Below are positions 8,226-15,814 of a DNA stretch of 32,000 bases, one piece after another. The DNA lies in assembly GCF_000011125.1 (NCBI RefSeq), contig NC_000854.2:540001-572000 (forward strand), read 5' to 3'. The notes under the pieces are model-generated. The model was not told the origin of the DNA. It searched no databases and saw nothing but the letters and a program-made list of their open reading frames with translations. The translations under genes and the position numbers were made by a program. This DNA comes from Aeropyrum pernix K1. GTDB lineage: Archaea > Thermoproteota > Thermoprotei_A > Sulfolobales > Acidilobaceae. Within the stretch, counting starts at the first letter, position 1. Each line of letters begins with the position of its first letter.

Positions 8226-8417
8226 GTGGTGGGGCTCGGGGCCCAGGTTAGGGTTTTGAGGGGGTTGTTGGAGCTGTATCATGCTAGGTTGCCCGGCGAT
8301 GTTAAACGCGGTATAGTGGATATGTTGGATGAAGCCGAGGCTTTGAAGGCCGTCTTGAAGCGGGAGCTGGATCCGGTTTTGCGTAGGCTCGGAGACAAGG
8401 TGTTAGAGAACGGTTAG
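8226..8417 (+). CDS. hypothetical small helical protein (63 aa)
   Basis: GC-rich islet inside the AT-rich island. The last codons (GTG TTA GAG AAC GGT TAG) run into palindrome copy 4. Coding status is uncertain. Confidence 0.3.
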   Translation: MVGLGAQVRVLRGLLELYHARLPGDVKRGIVDMLDEAEALKAVLKRELDPVLRRLGDKVLENG

Positions 8418-8445
8418 CCTGGGTTGCCTGTCCTGTTCTCTAACA
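8403..8445. repeat. bipartite palindrome copy 4
   Basis: Left arm GTGTTAGAGAA, right arm TTCTCTAACAC (perfect 11-mers); offset 35 nt. Confidence 0.9.
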
Positions 8446-8473
8446 CCCTGGAGTCTAGGGTCTAGGCATGGTG

Positions 8474-8517
8474 TTAGAGGGAGGCTTTTTGCTCCAAGCT
8501 GGATGCTTTCTATTACT
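8474..8517. repeat. bipartite palindrome copy 5 (degenerate)
   Basis: Left arm GTGTTAGAGGG; right arm TCTATTAC matches 6 of 8 positions at offset 36. Lies 29 nt after copy 4. Confidence 0.5.
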
Positions 8518-8558
8518 CATGTATGATGCATAGTATTAGATGTTTGATAAAAGAATGG

Positions 8559-9350
8559 CTAGCGTTTTTGATGGCATAGATTTAGGGCTTCCTCTGCTAT
8601 TTGTACTAAATAAGTTTTTTGAACAAATCCTACTAATTCATTTATAGTCTTACTTGTTTCTTCCGTTATAGGGTTGTCGAGTTGCTTTAGTAGGATTCTT
8701 GTTCTATCTAGTATTTCTGTTGATCCCGTAGTTTCTGCTGCTCTTTTAATGATCTCTAGAGCTTCTTTTGGTCTTGGCATTGAAAATATATCGTGTCCTT
8801 GGCTGGAGGAGGTTAGTGGCGTAATGGCTAGGGAGCGGCTTTTAATGGCCTCTGGTAGGCCCCAGCAGATGATTATATATCCTTTGAATGGATCACTATA
8901 ATTATGTTTCTTTGCTTCGGCAACAGCTTTAAGGAGCGTTAATAGCGAGGCTGCAATATCTGGCTTCATTGATTCTATTACTTGTTGTTGGGCTAATTCT
9001 CTTGTGTAATAAGCTTGATAGTATATTGCTCCTAGCACGAAGAGAGATATTATTACGCTAATTATAGTTAGCACGCCTGATGTTACATCCCATAAAGGGA
9101 TAAAGCCTTTAATATATAAAAGCCAACTTACTACAATGATGACCAAAGAGACTACAAACAAAATTACACTTACAAGCTTTGGCTTCAGATCCATCATCTC
9201 CCAGAGAATACTTAGACTATAGCAATACCATATTTTATTTTTATGGTTAGAGAAGCTTCTTATATGAGGATTGTAGTTGCCCTCTAACTCCGGATTTCTA
9301 TGCTCTCTTGTAAGGAGTTGTCTCTGCGTCTCGTGGCTCCTGTTAATCAT
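8559..9350 (-). CDS. hypothetical membrane protein (2 TM plus a soluble domain); a short form probably starts at 9197
   Basis: The TM segments LVSVILFVVSLVIIVVSWLL and VLTIISVIISLFVLGAIYY follow the internal MMDLKPK (ATG 9197). A TATA (9231-9244, minus strand) abutting palindrome copy 6 lies about 39 nt upstream of 9197. A second TATA (9381-9390) abutting copy 7 could serve the long form starting at 9350. Confidence 0.55.
   Translation of the reverse strand: MINRSHETQRQLLTREHRNPELEGNYNPHIRSFSNHKNKIWYCYSLSILWEMMDLKPKLVSVILFVVSLVIIVVSWLLYIKGFIPLWDVTSGVLTIISVIISLFVLGAIYYQAYYTRELAQQQVIESMKPDIAASLLTLLKAVAEAKKHNYSDPFKGYIIICWGLPEAIKSRSLAITPLTSSSQGHDIFSMPRPKEALEIIKRAAETTGSTEILDRTRILLKQLDNPITEETSKTINELVGFVQKTYLVQIAEEALNLCHQKR
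9246..9288. repeat. bipartite palindrome copy 6
   Basis: Left arm TGGTTAGAGAA, right arm CCTCTAAC (7 of 8); offset 35. Abuts the minus-strand TATA at 9231-9244. Confidence 0.75.
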
Positions 9351-9393
9351 GGTTGATGGACGTGGCGGTGTCGGGGTGGGTATATAATAAGGT

Positions 9394-9436
9394 GTTAGAG
9401 AATGTTAGGGCACTATGCTGAGGAACCTTCTCTAAC
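9394..9436. repeat. bipartite palindrome copy 7
   Basis: Perfect GTGTTAGAGAA / TTCTCTAACAC; offset 35. Abuts TATATAATAA at 9381-9390. Confidence 0.9.
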
Positions 9437-9535
9437 ACCTACTGTTGGCGCGAGCCCGTGTTGAGTCTTGATCTATCTATGAATGCTATAGCCTTGTAAT
9501 GCATGGTTTATACTGCTTATGACTTCCGCCTCTGA
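9437..9535 (+). repeat. conserved noncoding module, copy B (paralogous to 6743-6840)
   Basis: See copy A. Both modules are preceded by TATA plus a palindrome, and both end near AGTCATGGTG (6975-6984 and 9563-9572) leading into a GTTAGAG half-site or full site. Confidence 0.6.
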
Positions 9536-9571
9536 GTTTTAACTACTTAAAGCCCTAACTCCAGTCATGGT

Positions 9572-9614
9572 GTTAGAGAATGTTTTAGGCGGTTTTGAAC
9601 AGTCGTTCTCTAAC
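9572..9614. repeat. bipartite palindrome copy 8
   Basis: Perfect GTGTTAGAGAA / TTCTCTAACAC; offset 35. Followed by TTATTATA at 9619-9626. Confidence 0.9.
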
Positions 9615-9700
9615 ACCCTTATTATACGTTTCAGGTTGCTCCGTGCTGTTTCCAGTCTTCATCTAGTATGTTGCATGGCGCATATAGTATGTAGGGTGGG

Positions 9701-9979
9701 TTGGTGTCTGTGCATGTGGATAGGTTTGTAGCAGTAGTGGATTATATTATAGATATTGTTGCGGGTGTTTTGATGGCGTTCTTCATGGTGGTGTTTGGCT
9801 GGTTTCTGAAGGGAGCATATGAAGTGCATAGGGCTGGTGCTTGCGATGGGCTCTGCATGAATCTATTTGTTCTGAGCCTGATAGGGTTCATGCTTGCTAC
9901 CGCGCTTTCCCTCTTCTTTTCTAGGTCAATACTGAGGAAGCTAGGGGGTGCAAGTGATGGTCCTAGAGTATGTGCGTAG
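9701..9979 (+). CDS. hypothetical small membrane protein (92 aa)
   Basis: Two or three hydrophobic helices (IVAGVLMAFFMVVFGWFL, LFVLSLIGFMLATALSLFF). First gene of the long plus-strand block, downstream of palindrome copy 8 and a TATA. Confidence 0.5.
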   Translation: MVSVHVDRFVAVVDYIIDIVAGVLMAFFMVVFGWFLKGAYEVHRAGACDGLCMNLFVLSLIGFMLATALSLFFSRSILRKLGGASDGPRVCA

Positions 9980-10436
9980 GCTTGTTGGGGCTAGGGAGAA
10001 GCCTGATCCCCGTGAGCTTTTGGGTTTGGTGGAGGCGGTTGATGCTGGGCAGCAGCAGGGTGGTGCGCCCCCGTTCGACTTGTATACGTTGCTTGAGGAC
10101 GAGAAGGTTGGGCGCGAGCTGTGGCCCTATATTCTGGGGTTTGTGGCGAGGGATACGAAGCTCACCTACTTTACGGAGAGGGATGAGGAGTACCTGTTCT
10201 GGAAGATCGAGGCGATAGCGACTAAGATAGAGATGGCGCTGAACTCGCAGACCCCGCCGCCCGACCGGTTCCCCAGGGTTGAGGATTACGTGAAGGTTGT
10301 GGAGGCGCAGCGGCTGCTGGCGGACAACCTGAGGGTGCTGATGCTGGCGGCCGTGAGGCGCTCCACACTGGGCTTCGAGAGGAGGCTGCAGGCGATGCGC
10401 CACTTCGTCTTCTCCTACTCGGACAGGAGGTTCTAG
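9957..10436 (+). CDS. hypothetical protein
   Basis: Track ORF 9948..10436. ATG 9957 is preceded by the SD-like GGGGGTG. It overlaps the upstream gene's end, giving an operon-style arrangement. Confidence 0.5.
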   Translation: MVLEYVRRLVGAREKPDPRELLGLVEAVDAGQQQGGAPPFDLYTLLEDEKVGRELWPYILGFVARDTKLTYFTERDEEYLFWKIEAIATKIEMALNSQTPPPDRFPRVEDYVKVVEAQRLLADNLRVLMLAAVRRSTLGFERRLQAMRHFVFSYSDRRF

Positions 10437-10441
10437 GGGCC

Positions 10442-11401
10442 TTGATGGGCGCGCTCATGCTGCTGGGCATGGCCCTCGGGGGGCTGGCGGGCCTGGGGGC
10501 TGGCTACCTGCTCTACCCCTCGAGGCCCGACCTGGCCCTCCTGGCGGGGCTGGGCGCCGGTTCGGCCCTGGGCTGGGCTATGGGGTTCTTCTACTGGAGC
10601 TTCGGGGTTCCACCGGCGTTCAAGCAGGCTATGCGGGCTGCTAGAACCGGGTTCCTTATTGTGGCTGTGGGGGCGGACAAGAAGGCCCGCCTCCTCCCGG
10701 GGTTCAGCGACGGCTTCGTGGTCCGCCCGGCGCCTAGGCCCTACAGGGATAAGTACGCGTGGGCGGCGGACGGGGAGAGCAGCTACCCTATCCACGGGGG
10801 CCGGGGGACCCAGCTCCTCGTAACATTCATGGGCTACCCCTTCCCCCTGGAGGCCGGGAAGGCGGCGGCCGTCTCGAAGTTCAGGGAGAGGGGGTTCAGG
10901 AGCATTGAGGACCTGAAGACGGCGGTGGAGCTGCCTACTGTGGAGGAGATTGAGGCCCGGATGCGGGAGCTGGAGGCGGCTAGGGCCTCTATAGAGAAGA
11001 TGGACGAGGGGGAGGTTAGGCGGCTCTACGGCGAGGATAAGCGCCAGCTTCTCGCTGAGGTTGATAGGGAGCTGGAGCGGCTGGAGAGGGTTAGAGAACT
11101 CGTTAAGGAGTACGGCGGCGGCAGTTCTCTAACCGTTAACGTGGACGGCGCCACGGTGAGGGCCTCGGACCTCATCTCCTACCTCGTCTGGCGCCACCAT
11201 CCGAGCGAGATCGACAGGATAGTGAAGGCTGAGACCAACGCGGTGCTCTCCAGGCTCTCCGCTGTGGACTGGCTGAGGCAGCTCCTGCCGGTCATCATAG
11301 TGACGGGTATGTTCGTGCTGGGTATCATAGTGGTGGTGTACATGCTGAAGGGTGGCGGGCCCCCGGCGCCGGTCGAGTCCATAGCTATAGGGGGTGGGTA
11401 G
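10442..11401 (+). CDS. hypothetical membrane protein (N- and C-terminal TM segments, central coiled region)
   Basis: N-terminal Gly/Ala/Leu-rich TM helices, a central Glu/Arg-rich helix, and a C-terminal TM (LLPVIIVTGMFVLGIIVVVYML). It contains palindrome copy 9 in frame. Confidence 0.55.
   Translation: MMGALMLLGMALGGLAGLGAGYLLYPSRPDLALLAGLGAGSALGWAMGFFYWSFGVPPAFKQAMRAARTGFLIVAVGADKKARLLPGFSDGFVVRPAPRPYRDKYAWAADGESSYPIHGGRGTQLLVTFMGYPFPLEAGKAAAVSKFRERGFRSIEDLKTAVELPTVEEIEARMRELEAARASIEKMDEGEVRRLYGEDKRQLLAEVDRELERLERVRELVKEYGGGSSLTVNVDGATVRASDLISYLVWRHHPSEIDRIVKAETNAVLSRLSAVDWLRQLLPVIIVTGMFVLGIIVVVYMLKGGGPPAPVESIAIGGG
11090..11133. repeat. bipartite palindrome copy 9 (intragenic, in frame)
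   Basis: Left arm GGGTTAGAGAA, right arm TTCTCTAACCG; offset 36. Read as V-R-E...S-L-T in ORF 10442..11401. Confidence 0.85.
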
Positions 11402-11404
11402 GCT

Positions 11405-11809
11405 TTGGGCTACAGCAGGTTCAGGACTGTTAAGAGCCTGCAGCCCGGCTTCATAGCCGTCATCTCCGAGGTGGCCCTGGAGGCTGTTAAGGCTAAGATC
11501 GCCGCCTCGAGGAACCCCTTCGCCGCCTACGACTACGCCGAGGCCCTGGACGCCCTGATATCCGTTCTGCCGCCGGAGGCCAAGCAGGACATTACCAAGC
11601 GGCTCGGGGTTGACGTGGATATTGTCGTCGAGGAGGCCCTCGGTAGCTGCTCGAGGGATCCGAACGCGCATCCCTACGTAAACGAGGCCAGATGCCTCCG
11701 GAGGGTCAAGGAGGACCTAGACAAGCTGCTCCGAGTTGTTTTCGACGTAGCCCACAGGAGGGGCTTGTTCGTGGTTGAGAGGGAGGTGCTGTACGGTGGG
11801 GAGGCGTAG
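11405..11809 (+). CDS. hypothetical protein (134 aa)
   Basis: ORF packed 3 nt after the previous stop, with the same codon bias. No recognisable domain. Confidence 0.5.
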   Translation: MGYSRFRTVKSLQPGFIAVISEVALEAVKAKIAASRNPFAAYDYAEALDALISVLPPEAKQDITKRLGVDVDIVVEEALGSCSRDPNAHPYVNEARCLRRVKEDLDKLLRVVFDVAHRRGLFVVEREVLYGGEA

Positions 11810-12668
11810 GATAGAGGATGTCCTTGAGATACTCGAGTCCGGGGATCTAGGTGAGATAGACGGGGTGGCGGAGAACGCGAGGGAGTTCTATGAGAGGCCT
11901 GAGGAGGCCGAGGAGTCCGGCGTGGGCTGGAGCATCCTCGCCGGGTGGATGGAGTCGGCGTTCAGGACCGGCGGGTTCAACTCGGTTATAGTCTACGGGA
12001 AGCAGGGGGCCGGTAAGTCCGTGTACGCCATTAAGGTTGTCTACGACCTGCTCCGCAGGCTGGGCGTGGTGCCCGCTAGCTCGACCAGCCGCATAGTCTT
12101 CAAGCGGTACATGGTTTTCTCCGCGTCCCACTTCATCGGGAAGATCAAGAACGCCCGGGGGGCTAGGCTGCCAGCGGTGATATGGGACGATGCGGGGGTC
12201 CACGGGGGGTCCTACCTGTTCTTCACCGACGTGTTCCTGGCTAAGGCTTTGGGCGACCTCTTCAGGGTCGCCAGGACCAGGGTGGCCAACATAATCTTCA
12301 CAACCCCCAGCCCCCGGGACCTGCTGAAGCCGTTTCGCTCCTACGACACGATTATAGTCTATGTGCACGAGATGGACGAGGTTTGGTCGAGGGCACACAT
12401 CTACAAGATGAGGCTCCTGCCCTCCGGCGATGTACGGGTTCAGAAGAAGGCTATGGAGGACTTCCGGAGGAGGCTTAGGACCTACGACGAGTACATCAGG
12501 ATTAGGGATAGGTATGTTGACGAGGCTATTGACGCTTTGGAGGAGCTTATGCTGGTCAAGTATGCTGAGAGGGCTATGAAGAGGGCCAGGCTGTTTGAGA
12601 AGGCTGCAAGGCTGGGGGGCTGGAGGGGGTTTGAGGCAGAGGACCAAGGATCCTATCGGGACGATTAG
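11775..12668 (+). CDS. P-loop NTPase (AAA/DnaA-like or packaging-type ATPase)
   Basis: Walker A is VYGKQGAGKSVYA (about 11994-12020). A Walker B-like AVIWDDAG lies at about 12174-12194. The start is uncertain (TTG 11775 or GTG 11796). Confidence 0.7.
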   Translation: MRGRCCTVGRRRIEDVLEILESGDLGEIDGVAENAREFYERPEEAEESGVGWSILAGWMESAFRTGGFNSVIVYGKQGAGKSVYAIKVVYDLLRRLGVVPASSTSRIVFKRYMVFSASHFIGKIKNARGARLPAVIWDDAGVHGGSYLFFTDVFLAKALGDLFRVARTRVANIIFTTPSPRDLLKPFRSYDTIIVYVHEMDEVWSRAHIYKMRLLPSGDVRVQKKAMEDFRRRLRTYDEYIRIRDRYVDEAIDALEELMLVKYAERAMKRARLFEKAARLGGWRGFEAEDQGSYRDD

Positions 12669-12706
12669 GATCTCCCAGCTACTGTTAAACCTGGTGGAGC
12701 AGATGT

Positions 12707-12748
12707 GTTAGAGAATGTTTTCTCGTGATGGTCTAGTTGTTCTCTAAC
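12707..12748. repeat. bipartite palindrome copy 10
   Basis: Perfect GTGTTAGAGAA / TTCTCTAACAC; offset 34. Followed by TTTATAAA at 12755-12762. Confidence 0.9.
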
Positions 12749-12806
12749 ACATCCTTTATAAACCGGCTCCTCAAGCTGCATTCTTATTTGGGGGTCACCG
12801 CGGGCT

Positions 12807-13472
12807 ATGCCTTCTAAGGCTGAGACGGCAGCGCTGCTGCGGGGCTTGGGCTACTCCTATCTTGAGATAGCTAGGGAGCTCTATCCTGGGGACTACCGGC
12901 GTTATCGTGAGACTGGGGATAGGAGGCTTTATCAGCTTTTGAAGAAGAGGGTTTGGAAGCTGCTTAGGCTTGCCGGGGGTGGTGGATCCCGGGGTAATGG
13001 GGTGGTGGACCCTCCCGCCGGGTGGACCCTTGAGGTGGAGTTTGACGAGTCCGGCTGGGAGAGGGACAGCCCCACCCCCCGCGCGCCCCCGGAGCTGCCC
13101 CATCCTAGGGAGCGTAAGCGGGGGCTGCGGGGTTTCGAGAGGCAGGTGGTGGAGTATGAGCAGCTCCTCTACTATTATTACACGAGGCATCTGAAGGGTT
13201 ACGACTCCTCGGGCGTCATCTGGGGGACTATAAAGCTGGTGCACGGCCGGGCTTTCAGGGGGTTCTACGAGGAGCACGGGGTTAACGTTTGGCGGAGGGA
13301 GAAGGCGGGGCGGGTCGCCAGGGCTTATGTTTACTCTGTTATGGTTGTTTCTCTGTGGCTCCACGGCTACTGGTTCTACAGCGAGCTTAGGGAGCGGCTT
13401 AGGAGGGCGCTTGACGTGGATAGGGAGGATGTGGCCAAGGTGCTTCCGCTTGTGATGGGTACTGTGGTCTAG
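12807..13472 (+). CDS. HTH-containing protein (LuxR/sigma-r4-like N-terminal HTH)
   Basis: AALLRGLGYSYLEIARELY resembles a LuxR/sigma70 region-4 HTH and also the GLGLSEIAKAVY segment of ORF 4909..5889. The upstream region is palindrome copy 10, then TTTATAAA (12755-12762), then the SD-like GGGGGT. Confidence 0.55.
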   Translation: MPSKAETAALLRGLGYSYLEIARELYPGDYRRYRETGDRRLYQLLKKRVWKLLRLAGGGGSRGNGVVDPPAGWTLEVEFDESGWERDSPTPRAPPELPHPRERKRGLRGFERQVVEYEQLLYYYYTRHLKGYDSSGVIWGTIKLVHGRAFRGFYEEHGVNVWRREKAGRVARAYVYSVMVVSLWLHGYWFYSELRERLRRALDVDREDVAKVLPLVMGTVV

Positions 13473-13495
13473 AGCATTACATCTTTGGGTGCCGC

Positions 13496-14215
13496 TTGGT
13501 GCTTCCACCTAGGCTCCGCGGGAACCCGGTCCTCTCCAGGTATGCCCGGTTCTATAAGACCCCCTCACCCCCGGCTCCAGCGGTGACCAGGGGCGCCCCG
13601 GGTCCCCGCCCGACGGGCTCTAGGCCTCCGCGCTCCGGCTCCAGGGCTTCCGGTAGGGGCCGGGACCTTGTGGATGCGCTTCTAAAGGAGGGTCTTGCAT
13701 ACAGGGATGAGGAGCGCGGGTATGTTGTTTTGAAGAGGCCCGACGCCTTCAAGATCCTGGAGGGGAGGAGGGCTTCTAGGTCGAGGCCGAAGACAGCCAG
13801 CGTAGGCTGGGAGGAGCTGGAGAGGAGGAGGTGGGATAGGAGGGTTGAGAGGGCCGCGAGCTTCGCCTACACCTCGACGCCGGGGAGCGCTATACTTGAC
13901 GACGTCCACTCGCAGGACACTCTGAACAGGTGGATGGAGCAGTGGGTGCAGAAGCTCGTGTCGGAGGGGTACAGCGAGAAGAGCGCCAGGTCTATGGCCG
14001 CGAATATGCTGGGAGGCGACTTCAGGGAGGATTTCGAGGCGGCGGTAAGGCAGATGATGAACGAGCTGGGCCCGGGGTCGAGGCTGTACACGTGGTACGG
14101 TGAGGGCGGGTGGCATGTTACCGTGTTCAACCCGAGGACCGGCCGGAAGAAGAGCCTCAGCTTGAAGGAGTTCGCCAGCAGCTGGGAGCCCGACTTTGTC
14201 ACGGTTTGGGACTGA
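13496..14215 (+). CDS. hypothetical protein
   Basis: Long ORF in the co-directional block. The N-terminal 58 aa are Pro/Arg/Ser-rich low complexity, so the in-frame GTG at 13670 is an alternative start. Confidence 0.45.
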   Translation: MVLPPRLRGNPVLSRYARFYKTPSPPAPAVTRGAPGPRPTGSRPPRSGSRASGRGRDLVDALLKEGLAYRDEERGYVVLKRPDAFKILEGRRASRSRPKTASVGWEELERRRWDRRVERAASFAYTSTPGSAILDDVHSQDTLNRWMEQWVQKLVSEGYSEKSARSMAANMLGGDFREDFEAAVRQMMNELGPGSRLYTWYGEGGWHVTVFNPRTGRKKSLSLKEFASSWEPDFVTVWD

Positions 14216-14230
14216 GGGTGGTGTGGTTGC

Positions 14231-15496
14231 ATGCTGAGGCGTCGTGTTCTGATGGACGGCGGGGGCTCGGCTGGCTCCGCCCCCTCCTCCCCCGGCTCTT
14301 CTAGGCCCCCGGACTACAGCCTCTACGAGTCTCAACCCCGACCGGCACCCGCGTCCTGGAGCCCCCTGGGTGTGCTGGCCTCTGCTCTCGACGCCCCCTA
14401 CAGTTTTGTCCAGGAGAGGGGGTGGGGGGTTGTTGAGAGGCTTAGGAGGAGGGCGTTGAGGGAGAAGGCTGAGGGGGACTATGCCGAGGGGTTTCTCTGG
14501 GCTCTGGGCGCCTCTGCCGCTAGCTTCGGCGTGGGCGTGGCGGCCGGTGTTACGGGGCTCTTCAGCCCTAGGGCCTGGAGGGAGGCTTTCCACGCCTTCA
14601 TGCACCCGGGGGAGACTGTGAGGGCCGTGGCGTCCGACCCTCTGTCGTGGCCGTATCTTGCGGGGTCTGTGGTCGGGCCTGCTAAGCTGGGGAGGGCTGT
14701 TGGGCGGAGGCTGGGGAGGGTTAGAGAACCCGATTTAGCCTCTACCAGCGAGGGTTCTCTAACACTTGTGGCCGCCAAGGGAGAAAGGCTCAGATGGGCG
14801 GCCAGGCTCGAGGCAAGAGGCCCCACAGTAGGGGTTAAGGGTGTGAAGCCCAGGCCCCCGCCAGACAGGCTCGTCACCCTCGAGACCCCGAGGGGTAGGG
14901 TTGAGCTGCTCGAGTCTAGGCGGGGCTCCACCGTTAGGAGGGTCTATAGGGCTGAGTACAGGGATGTGGGGAAGAAGCTGCTGGGGGTTGAGGAGTGGAG
15001 TGTCGAGGGCTGGCTGAGGCCTAGGTACCGGTACCGGGGGCTGCTTGTCGACCCGGAGACGCCCGGGGCGGCCGTCCTCCTGGAGGCCCGGAGGCCGTTG
15101 TTGAGGGGTGTGGATCTGCCGCCTCCCAGACTGTGGGTCGAGCCTAGGCTTGCCGCTCCCGCCGGGGCTGTAGGCCTTATACTAGGCCTCGGCGCCGCCG
15201 GGACCGGTGCTCGGGGCGGTTTGGAGGGTGGTGCCGCTGGGCGGCCTGCTGAGGCGGGTGCCCGGGGGCTTGTGTCCGGGTCCTCTCTGGCCGGGGGTGA
15301 GGCCGCGGCCTCTACCCTGGCGGGGGCCTCGGCCGCGTCTTCCCCGGCGGAGCCCTCTGCAGCCTCAGCCGGGCGCGGGGGTCCTGAGGCTCCCCCGCTC
15401 CTGGGGTCTGGTTCCCGGGGGAGGCGTGGCAGGAGGGGGAAGCTGGCTTACTCGGAGATCCTGTATCCTGGCGGCGTGCTTCTGGAGCTTCTCTAG
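14231..15496 (+). CDS. hypothetical protein with a Gly/Ala/Ser-rich C-terminal region
   Basis: 421-aa ORF containing palindrome copy 11 in frame. The C-terminal third is low complexity (GAAGTGARGG...ASAASSPAEPSAASAG). Confidence 0.5.
   Translation: MLRRRVLMDGGGSAGSAPSSPGSSRPPDYSLYESQPRPAPASWSPLGVLASALDAPYSFVQERGWGVVERLRRRALREKAEGDYAEGFLWALGASAASFGVGVAAGVTGLFSPRAWREAFHAFMHPGETVRAVASDPLSWPYLAGSVVGPAKLGRAVGRRLGRVREPDLASTSEGSLTLVAAKGERLRWAARLEARGPTVGVKGVKPRPPPDRLVTLETPRGRVELLESRRGSTVRRVYRAEYRDVGKKLLGVEEWSVEGWLRPRYRYRGLLVDPETPGAAVLLEARRPLLRGVDLPPPRLWVEPRLAAPAGAVGLILGLGAAGTGARGGLEGGAAGRPAEAGARGLVSGSSLAGGEAAASTLAGASAASSPAEPSAASAGRGGPEAPPLLGSGSRGRRGRRGKLAYSEILYPGGVLLELL
14720..14763. repeat. bipartite palindrome copy 11 (intragenic, in frame)
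   Basis: Left arm GGGTTAGAGAA, right arm TTCTCTAACAC; offset 36. Read as V-R-E...S-L-T in ORF 14231..15496. Confidence 0.85.
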
Positions 15497-15520
15497 ACGC
15501 ACCCTCCTATTGGGGGGGCG

Positions 15521-15811
15521 ATGGCTGCTAGGGCTTGGGTTGTTGCGGTTGTCGGGTTCTTCGTCATGTGGCTTATGTTCCAGGTCGTGGGGTGGGTTAT
15601 CGGCGTTATATGGGGTGTGTGGCAGCAGCTTGACCAGGCGACCGCGGGTACCATGATAGAGCCGCCTCAGGATTGGAAGAACATGCTGAACAGCCTGTAC
15701 AGCAACATGCTTGGCATATGGAACTATCTCCCGGTGGTTGTGCTGCTCTCCGCAGTGGTGTACATAATAATCGAGAGCCTGCGTAGGAGGCCGGAGGAGT
15801 ACTACGTCTAG
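15521..15811 (+). CDS. small membrane protein (2 TM)
   Basis: ATG preceded by a G-run SD. Helices are WVVAVVGFFVMWLMFQVVGWVIGVIWGVW and LPVVVLLSAVVYIII. Confidence 0.55.
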   Translation: MAARAWVVAVVGFFVMWLMFQVVGWVIGVIWGVWQQLDQATAGTMIEPPQDWKNMLNSLYSNMLGIWNYLPVVVLLSAVVYIIIESLRRRPEEYYV

Positions 15812-15814
15812 GGG

